The translations under genes and the position numbers were made by a program. 64,000 nt of DNA, taken from Eledone cirrhosa. Lineage: Eukaryota. The DNA lies in assembly GCA_964016885.1 (NCBI GenBank), contig OZ024742.1:185876001-185940000 (forward strand). Reading direction: 5' to 3'. Under the pieces are notes generated by a model. It was given only the letters and a program-made list of their open reading frames with translations. It was not told where the DNA came from and ran no database searches. Numbering within the stretch: position 1 is the stretch's first letter; every line of letters starts with the position of its first letter. This document shows, piece after piece, positions 55,583-64,000 of this stretch.

Positions 55583-57870
55583 CTGTTGTTATTGCTGTTG
55601 TTATTGTTGATGTCGTTGTTGTTATTGTTGCTGTTGTTATTGTTGATGTTGCTGTTGTTATTGTTGATGTTGCTGTTGTTATTGTTGATGTTGCTGTTGT
55701 TATTGTTGATGTTGTTATTGTTGTTATTGCTGTTGTTATTGTTGATGTTGCTGTTGTTATTATTGATGTTGCTGTTGTTATTGCTGATGATGCTGTTGTT
55801 ATTGTTGATGTTGCTGTTGTTGCAGTTGTCGCTGTTGTTATTGTTGTTGTTGCTGTTGTTATTGTTGATGTTATTGTTGTTATTGCTGTCGTTATTGTTG
55901 ATGTTGTTGTTGCTGTTGTTAATGCTGTTGTTATTGTTGATGTCGTTGTTGTTATTGTTGCTTTTGTTATTGTTGATGTTGCTGATGTTATTGTTGATGT
56001 TGATGTTGTTATTGTTGATGTTGCTGTTGTTATTGCTGATGTTGCTGTTGTTATTGTTGATGTTGCTGTTGTTGCTGTTGTCGCTGTTGGTATTGTTGTT
56101 GTTGCTGTTGTTATTGTTGATGTTGCTGTTGTTATTGTTGATGTTGCTGTTGTTATTGCTGATGTTGCTGTTGTTATTCTTGATGTTGCTGTTGTTGCAG
56201 TTGTCGCTGTTTTTATTGTTGTTGTTGCTGTTGTTATTGTTGATGTAGCTGTTGTTATTGTTGATGTTGCTGTTGTTGCTGTTGTTGTTGTTGTCGCTGT
56301 TGTTATTGTTCTTATTGCTGTTGTTATTGCTGTTGCTGTTGTTATTGTTGATGTTGTTGTTGTTATTGTTGATGTTGCTGTTGTTATTGCTGTTGTTATT
56401 GTTGATGTCGTTGTTGTTATTGTTGCTGTTGTTATTGTTGATGTTGCTGTTGTTATTTTTGATGTTGCAGTTGTTATTGTTGTTGTTGCTGTTGTTAATG
56501 CTGTTGTTATTGTTGATGTCGTTGTTGTTATTGTTGCTGTTGTTATTGTTGATGTTGCTGTTGTTATTGTTGATGTTGCTGTTGTTATTGCTGTTGTTAT
56601 TGTTGATGTTGCTATTGTTATTGCTGTTGTTGCTGTTGTTATTGTTGATGTTGCTGTTGTTATTGTTGATGTTGATGTTGCTGTTGTTATTGTTGATGTT
56701 GCTGTTGTTATTGTTGATGTTGCAGTTGTTATTGTTGTTGTTGCTGTTGTCATTGCTGATGTTGTTATTGTTGATGTTGCTGTTGTTTGTTGTTGTTGCT
56801 GTTGTTATAGCTGATGTTGTTATTTTTGATGTTGCTGTTGTTGTTGCTGTTGTTGCTGTTGTTATTGTTGCTGTTGTTATTTTTGATGTTGCTGTTGTTG
56901 TTGCTGTTGTCGCTGTTGTTATTGCTGTTGTTGTTGTTGTTGTTATTGTTGATGTTACAGTTGTTATTGTTGATGTTGGTGTTGTTATTGCTGATGCTGC
57001 TGTTGTTATTGTTGATGTTGCAGTTGTTGCAGTTGTCGCTGTTGTTATTGTTGTTGTTGCTGTTGTTATTGTTGATGTTGCTGTTGTTATTGTTGATGTT
57101 GCTGTTGTATTGCTGATGTTGCTGTTGTTATTGTTGATGTTGCTGTTGTTGCAGTTGTCGCTGTTGTTATTGTTGTTGTCGCTGTTGTTGCTGTTGTTGT
57201 TGTTGTTGCTGTTGTTATTGTTGTTATTGCTGTTGTTAATTCTGTTGTTATTGTTGATGTCGTTGTTGTTATTGTTGCTATTGTTATTGTTGATGTTGCT
57301 GTTGTTATTGTTGATGTTGCTGTTGTTATTGCTGTTGTTATTGTTGATGTTGCTGTTGTTATTGCTGTTGTTATTGCTGATGTTGCTGTTGTTATTGTTG
57401 ACGTTGCTGTTGTTGCAGTTGTCGCTGTTGTTGTTGTTGATGTCGTTGTTGTTATTGTTGCTGTTGTTATTGTTGATGTTGCTGTTGTTATTGTTGATGT
57501 TGCTGTTGTTATTGTTGTTGTTGCTGTTGTTATTGTTGATGTTGCTGTTGTTATTGTTGATGTTGCTGTTGTTGCTGTTGTTGCTGTTGTTATTGTTGTT
57601 ATTGCTGTTGTTATTGCTGTTGCTGTTGTTATTGTTGATGTTGTTGTTGTTATTGTTGATGTTGCTGTTGTTATTACTGTTGTCGCTGTTGTTCTTGTTG
57701 ATGTTGCTGTTGTTATTGTTGATGTTGCTGTTGTTATTGTTGTTGTTGCTGTTGTTAATGCTGTTGTTATTGTTGATGTCGTTGTTGTTATTGTTGCTGT
57801 TTTTATTGTTGAAGTTGCTGTTGTTATTGTTGATGTTGCTGTTGTTATTGCTGTTGTTATTGTTGATGTT
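50130..57870. repeat. Three-copy tandem higher-order repeat, period 2609 bp (third copy ~110 bp shorter)
   Basis: GCATTT at 50152/52761/55370. Near-identical 430-aa minus-strand ORFs at 50243/52852/55461. ORF starts 51034/53643/56252 and 51596/54205/56814. Confidence 0.95.
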
Positions 57871-58309
57871 GCTATTGTTATTGCTGTTGTTGCTGTTGTT
57901 ATTGTTGATGTTGCTGTTGTTATTGTTGATGTTGCTGTTGTTATTGTTGTTATTGCTGTTGTTATTGTTGATGTTGCTGTTGTTATAGTTGATGTTGCTG
58001 TTGTTATTGTTGTTGTTGCTGTTGTTATTGTTGATGTTGCAGTTGTTATTGTTGTTTTTGCTGTTGTCATTACTGATGTTGTTATTGTTGATGTTGCTGT
58101 TGTTTGTTGTTGTTGCTGTTGTTATAGCTGATGTTGTTATTGTTGATGTTGCTGTTGTTATTGTTGCTGTTGTTATTGTTGATGTTACTGTTGTTATTGT
58201 TGATGTTGCTGTTGTTTTTGTTGCTGTTGTTATTTTTGATGTTGCTGTTGTTGTTGCTGTTGTTGCTGTTGTTATTGTTGATGTTGCTGTTGTTATTGTT
58301 GATGTTGCT

Positions 58310-61300
58310 GTTGTTATTGTTGTTATTGCTGTTGTTATTGTTGATGTTGCTGTTGTTATAGTTGTTGTTGCTGTTGTTATTGTTGATGTTGCAGTTGTTA
58401 TTGTTGTTGTTGCTGTTGTTATTGTTGTAATTGCTGTTGTTAATGTTGATGTTGCTGTTGTTGTTGTTGATGTTGCTGTTGTTATTGCTGTTGTTATTGT
58501 TGATGTTGTTATTGTTGCTGTTGTTATTGTTGATGTTGTTGTTATTGTTGATGTTGCTGTTGTTATTGCTGTTGTTATTGTTGATGTCGTTGTTGTTATT
58601 GTTGCTGTTGTTATTGTTGATGTTGCTGTTGTTATTGTTGATGTTGCTGTTGTTATTGTTGATGTTGCTGTTGTTAATGCTGTTGTTATTGTTGATGTCG
58701 TTGTTGTTATTGTTGCTGTTGTTATTGTTGATGTTGCTGTTGTTATTGTTGATGTTGCTGTTGTTATTGCTGTTGTTATTGTTGATGTTGCTATTGTTAT
58801 TGCTGTTGTTGCTGTTGTTATTGTTGTTGTTGCTGTTGTTATTGTTGATGTTGCTGTTGTTATTGTTGATGTTGCTGTTGTTATTGTTGTTGTTGCTGTT
58901 GTTAATGCTGTTGTTATTGTTGATGTCGTTGTTGTTATTGTTGCTGTTGTTATTGTTGATGTTGCTGTTGTTATTGTTGATGTTGCTGTTGTTATTGTTG
59001 TTGTTGCTGTTGTTAATGCTGTTGTTATTGTTGATGTCGTTGTTGTTATTGTTGCTGTTGTTATTGTTGATGTTGCTGTTGTTATTGTTGATGTTGCTGT
59101 TGTTATTGTTGTTGTTGCTGTTGTTATTGTTGATGTTGCTGTTGTTATTGTTGATGTTGCTGTTGTTGCTGTTGTTGCTGTTGTTATTGTTGTTATTGCT
59201 GTTGTTATTGCTGTTGCTGTTGTTATTGTTGATGTTGTTGTTGTTATTGTTGATGTTGCTGTTGTTATTACTGTTGTCGCTGTTGTTCTTGTTGATGTTG
59301 CTGTTGTTATTGTTGATGTTGCTGTTGTTATTGTTGTTGTTGCTGTTGTTAATGCTGTTGTTATTGTTGATGTCGTTGTTGTTATTGTTGCTGTTTTTAT
59401 TGTTGAAGTTGCTGTTGTTATTGTTGATGTTGCTGTTGTTATTGCTGTTGTTATTGTTGATGTTGCTATTGTTATTGCTGTTGTTGCTGTTGTTATTGTT
59501 GATGTTGCTGTTGTTATTGTTGATGTTGCTGTTGTTATTGTTATTATTGCTGTTGTTATTGTTGATGTTGCTGTTGTTATTGTTGATGTTGCTGTTGTTA
59601 TTGTTGTTGTTGCTGTTGTTATTGTTGATGTTGCAGTTGTTATTGTTGTTGTTGCTGTTGTCATTGCTGATGTTGTTATTGTTGATGTTGCTGTTGTTTG
59701 TTGTTGTTGCTGTTGTTATAGCTGATGTTGTTATTGTTGATGTTGCTGTTGTTATTGTTGCTGTTGTTATTGTTGATGTTACTGTTGTTATTGTTGATGT
59801 TGCTGTTGTTATTGTTGCTGTTGTTATTTTTGATGTTGCTGTTGTTGTTGCTGTTGTTGCTGTTGTTATTGTTGATGTTGCTGTTGTTATTGTTGATGTT
59901 GCTGTTGTTATTGTTGTTATTGCTGTTGTTATTGTTGATGTTGCTGTTGTTATTGTTGTTGTTGCTGTTGTTATTGTTGATGTTGCAGTTGTTATTGTTG
60001 TTGTTGCTGTTGTCATTGCTTATGTTGTTATTGTTGATGTTGCTGTTGTTATTGTTGATGTTGCTGTTGTTATTACTGTTGTCGCTGTTGTTCTTGTTGA
60101 TGTTGCTGTTGTTATTGTTGATGTTGCTGTTGTTATTGTTGATGTTGCTGTTGTTATTGCTGTTGTTATTGTTGATGTTGCTATTGTTATTGCTGTTGTT
60201 GCTGTTGTTATTGTTGTTGTTGCTGTTGTTATTGTTGATGTTGCTGTTGTTATTGTTGATGTTGCTGTTGTTGCTGTTGTTGCTGTTGTTATTGTTGTTA
60301 TTGCTGTTGTTATTGCTGTTGCTGTTGTTATTGTTGATGTTGTTGTTGTTATTGTTGTTATTGCTGTTGTTATTGTTGATGTTGCTGTTGTTATAGTTGT
60401 TGTTGCTGTTGTTATTGTTGATGTTGCAGTTGTTATTGTTGTTGTTGCTGTTGTTATTGTTGTAATTGCTGTTGTTAATGTTGATGTTGCTGTTGTTGTT
60501 GTTGATGTTGCTGTTGTTATTGCTGTTGTTATTGTTGATGTTGTTATTGTTGCTGTTGTTATTGTTGATGTTGTTGTTATTGTTGATGTTGCTGTTGTTA
60601 TTGCTGTTGTTATTGTTGATGTCGTTGTTGTTATTGTTGCTGTTGTTATTGTTGATGTTGCTGTTGTTATTGTTGATGTTGCTGTTGTTATTGTTGATGT
60701 TGCTGTTGTTAATGCTGTTGTTATTGTTGATGTCGTTGTTGTTATTGTTGCTGTTGTTATTGTTGATGTTGCTGTTGTTATTGTTGATGTTGCTGTTGTT
60801 ATTGCTGTTGTTATTGTTGATGTTGCTATTGTTATTGCTGTTGTTGCTGTTGTTATTGTTGTTGTTGCTGTTGTTATTGTTGATGTTGCTGTTGTTATTG
60901 TTGATGTTGCTGTTGTTATTGTTGTTGTTGCTGTTGTTAATGCTGTTGTTATTGTTGATGTCGTTGTTGTTATTGTTGCTGTTGTTATTGTTGATGTTGC
61001 TGTTGTTATTGTTGATGTTGCTGTTGTTATTGTTGTTGTTGCTGTTGTTAATGCTGTTGTTATTGTTGATGTCGTTGTTGTTATTGTTGCTGTTGTTATT
61101 GTTGATGTTGCTGTTGTTATTGTTGATGTTGCTGTTGTTATTGTTGTTGTTGCTGTTGTTATTGTTGATGTTGCTGTTGTTATTGTTGATGTTGCTGTTG
61201 TTGCTGTTGTTGCTGTTGTTATTGTTGTTATTGCTGTTGTTATTGCTGTTGCTGTTGTTATTGTTGATGTTGTTGTTGTTATTGTTGATGTTGCTGTTGT

Positions 61301-62380
61301 TATTACTGTTGTCGCTGTTGTTCTTGTTGATGTTGCTGTTGTTATTGTTGATGTTGCTGTTGTTATTGTTGTTGTTGCTGTTGTTAATGCTGTTGTTATT
61401 GTTGATGTCGTTGTTGTTATTGTTGCTGTTTTTATTGTTGAAGTTGCTGTTGTTATTGTTGATGTTGCTGTTGTTATTGCTGTTGTTATTGTTGATGTTG
61501 CTATTGTTATTGCTGTTGTTGCTGTTGTTATTGTTGATGTTGCTGTTGTTATTGTTGATGTTGCTGTTGTTATTGTTATTATTGCTGTTGTTATTGTTGA
61601 TGTTGCTGTTGTTATTGTTGATGTTGCTATTGTTATTGTTGTTGTTGCTGTTGTTATTGTTGATGTTGCAGTTGTTATTGTTGTTGTTGCTGTTGTCATT
61701 GCTGATGTTGTTATTGTTGATGTTGCTGTTGTTTGTTGTTGTTGCTGTTGTTATAGCTGATGTTGTTATTGTTGATGTTGCTGTTGTTATTGTTGCTGTT
61801 GTTATTGTTGATGTTACTGTTGTTATTGTTGATGTTGCTGTTGTTATTGTTGCTGTTGTTATTTTTGATGTTGCTGTTGTTGTTGCTGTTGTTGCTGTTG
61901 TTATTGTTGATGTTGCTGTTGTTATTGTTGATGTTGCTGTTGTTATTGTTGTTATTGCTGTTGTTATTGTTGATGTTGCTGTTGTTATTGTTGTTGTTGC
62001 TGTTGTTATTGTTGATGTTGCAGTTGTTATTGTTGTTGTTGCTGTTGTCATTGCTTATGTTGTTATTGTTGATGTTGCTGTTGTTATTGTTGATGTTGCT
62101 GTTGTTATTACTGTTGTCGCTGTTGTTCTTGTTGATGTTGCTGTTGTTATTGTTGATGTTGCTGTTGTTATTGTTGATGTTGCTGTTGTTATTGCTGTTG
62201 TTATTGTTGATGTTGCTATTGTTATTGCTGTTGTTGCTGTTGTTATTGTTGTTGTTGCTGTTGTTATTGTTGATGTTGCTGTTGTTATTGTTGATGTTGC
62301 TGTTGTTGCTGTTGTTGCTGTTGTTATTGTTGTTATTGCTGTTGTTATTGCTGTTGCTGTTGTTATTGTTGATGTTGTTG
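58310..62380. repeat. Two-copy tandem higher-order repeat, period 2035 bp
   Basis: GTTATAGTTGTTGTTGCT at ~58355/60390. ORF coordinates 58431/60466, 59725/61760 and 60020/62055 are all offset by 2035. Confidence 0.92.
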
Positions 62381-62569
62381 TTGTTATTGTTGATGTTGCT
62401 GTTGTTATTGCTGTTGTCGCTGTTGTTCTTGTTGATGTTGCTGTTGTTATTGTTGATGTTGCTGTTGTTATTGTTGTTGTTGCTGTTGTTAATGCTGTTG
62501 TTATTGTTGATGTCGTTGTTGTTATTGTTGCTGTTTTTATTGTTGATGTTGCTGTTGTTATTGTTGATG

Positions 62570-64000
62570 TTGCTGTTGTTATTATTGATGTTGCTGTTGT
62601 TATTGCTGATGATGCTGTTGTTATTGTTGATGTTGCTGTTGTTGCAGTTGTCGCTGTTGTTATTGTTGTTGTTGCTGTTGTTATTGTTGATGTTATTGTT
62701 GTTATTGCTGTCGTTATTGTTGATGTTGTTGTTGCTGTTGTTAATGCTGTTGTTATTGTTGATGTCGTTGTTGTTATTGTTGCTTTTGTTATTGTTGATG
62801 TTGCTGATGTTATTGTTGATGTTGATGTTGTTATTGTTGATGTTGCTGTTGTTATTGCTGATGTTGCTGTTGTTATTGTTGATGTTGCTGTTGTTGCTGT
62901 TGTCGCTGTTGGTATTGTTGTTGTTGCTGTTGTTATTGTTGATGTTGCTGTTGTTATTGTTGATGTTGCTGTTGTTATTGCTGATGTTGCTGTTGTTATT
63001 CTTGATGTTGCTGTTGTTGCAGTTGTCGCTGTTTTTATTGTTGTTGTTGCTGTTGTTATTGTTGATGTAGCTGTTGTTATTGTTGATGTTGCTGTTGTTG
63101 CTGTTGTTGTTGTTGTCGCTGTTGTTATTGTTCTTATTGCTGTTGTTATTGCTGTTGCTGTTGTTATTGTTGATGTTGTTGTTGTTATTGTTGATGTTGC
63201 TGTTGTTATTGCTGTTGTTATTGTTGATGTCGTTGTTGTTATTGTTGCTGTTGTTATTGTTGATGTTGCTGTTGTTATTTTTGATGTTGCAGTTGTTATT
63301 GTTGTTGTTGCTGTTGTTAATGCTGTTGTTATTGTTGATGTCGTTGTTGTTATTGTTGCTGTTGTTATTGTTGATGTTGCTGTTGTTATTGTTGATGTTG
63401 CTGTTGTTATTGCTGTTGTTATTGTTGATGTTGCTATTGTTATTGCTGTTGTTGCTGTTGTTATTGTTGATGTTGCTGTTGTTATTGTTGATGTTGATGT
63501 TGCTGTTGTTATTGTTGATGTTGCTGTTGTTATTGTTGATGTTGCAGTTGTTATTGTTGTTGTTGCTGTTGTCATTGCTGATGTTGTTATTGTTGATGTT
63601 GCTGTTGTTTGTTGTTGTTGCTGTTGTTATAGCTGATGTTGTTATTTTTGATGTTGCTGTTGTTGTTGCTGTTGTTGCTGTTGTTATTGTTGCTGTTGTT
63701 ATTTTTGATGTTGCTGTTGTTGTTGCTGTTGTCGCTGTTGTTATTGCTGTTGTTGTTGTTGTTGTTATTGTTGATGTTACAGTTGTTATTGTTGATGTTG
63801 GTGTTGTTATTGCTGATGCTGCTGTTGTTATTGTTGATGTTGCAGTTGTTGCAGTTGTCGCTGTTGTTATTGTTGTTGTTGCTGTTGTTATTGTTGATGT
63901 TGCTGTTGTTATTGTTGATGTTGCTGTTGTATTGCTGATGTTGCTGTTGTTATTGTTGATGTTGCTGTTGTTGCAGTTGTCGCTGTTGTTATTGTTGTTG
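62570..64000. repeat. Further partial copy of the 2609-bp unit, offset 6822 bp from the third copy
   Basis: ORFs 56814..57116 and 63636..63938 translate identically. The first ~350 aa of minus ORF 62055..63575 match the 430-aa ORFs. Confidence 0.88.

Larger units (their letters stand above)
1..64000. repeat. (GTT/AAC)n-derived 21-bp minisatellite/satellite array, consensus GTTGCTGTTGTTATTGTTGAT, at least 64 kb and open at both ends
   Basis: Every line is built almost entirely from the triplets GTT, GCT, ATT and GAT. The unit GTTGCTGTTGTTATTGTTGAT recurs head-to-tail throughout, mixed with 12/15/18/24-bp variants. No unique insertion or orientation switch was seen. Confidence 0.99.

Noticed and set aside
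3055-63575. Minus-strand Thr/Ser-rich (mucin-like) and poly-Asn ORFs as real CDS
   Set aside because: No signal peptide or globular domain. In-frame stops occur (e.g. 9009, 19666, 29824, 34717, 43180, 60020, 62055), there are ~62 phase shifts, and most duplication periods are not multiples of 3. Kept only as a low-probability origin hypothesis.
6-63938. Plus-strand poly-Leu/Met and VAVVIVD ORFs (up to 1644 aa) as membrane or amyloid proteins
   Set aside because: They are an automatic result of stop-free frames of the 21-mer. They overlap in several frames, contain no non-repetitive domain, and switch composition at single-base indels.
1-64000. CRISPR array (conserved core plus variable slot)
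   Set aside because: The core is only 12 bp, the variable slots are short, drawn from a few words and not unique, and there is no leader or cas gene.
1-64000. Diversity-generating retroelement template (AAC-rich minus strand with AAC to AGC/ATC variants)
   Set aside because: No reverse transcriptase, no TR/VR pair and no target gene. Variants are fixed in a periodic pattern and include the non-adenine change AAC to AAT.
1-64000. Telomerase-made telomere or RT-synthesised concatemer (e.g. DRT-type repeat product)
   Set aside because: No G-runs typical of telomeric repeats and no enzyme or template RNA in the window. Kb-scale blocks with shared rare mutations indicate DNA-level duplication rather than repeated copying of one short template. 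A subtelomeric location is not excluded.
1-64000. G-quadruplex, cruciform or terminator structures
   Set aside because: GG is rare, I saw no GGG, and there are too few A/C bases on the + strand for canonical hairpins or inverted repeats.
1-64000. Pure sequencing or basecalling noise, or simulated low-complexity sequence
   Set aside because: Rare variants recur in the same order at constant offsets with graded divergence and nesting, which random error would not produce. Copy-number misassembly of individual blocks remains possible.

Overview
All 64 kb is one uninterrupted, strongly strand-asymmetric tandem-repeat array (satellite/minisatellite DNA) that runs off both window ends. It derives from (GTT/AAC)n and has a 21-bp consensus GTTGCTGTTGTTATTGTTGAT (12 T, 6 G, 2 A, 1 C), plus shorter and longer variant units that differ by multiples of 3 bp. 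I found no unique sequence, credible gene, RNA gene, transposon, CRISPR array or promoter. The long ORFs (poly-L/M, VAVVIVD, STITTAT, SNINNNN) arise because four of the six frames of the 21-mer contain no stop codon. About 62 single-base phase shifts (counted by eye) and several in-frame stops argue against coding. The informative content is the layering: triplet, then 21-mer with a variable slot, then nested duplications with periods of about 0.3, 0.9, 1.6, 2.0, 2.2, 2.6, 4.6, 4.9, 6.9 and 12.4 kb, plus a switch between two variant subfamilies near 41-44 kb. I cannot support a novel protein-based biological system, and the host cannot be identified (a eukaryotic heterochromatic origin is only an inference). 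Block boundaries are approximate; periods come from matched rare variants and matched ORF-track coordinates.
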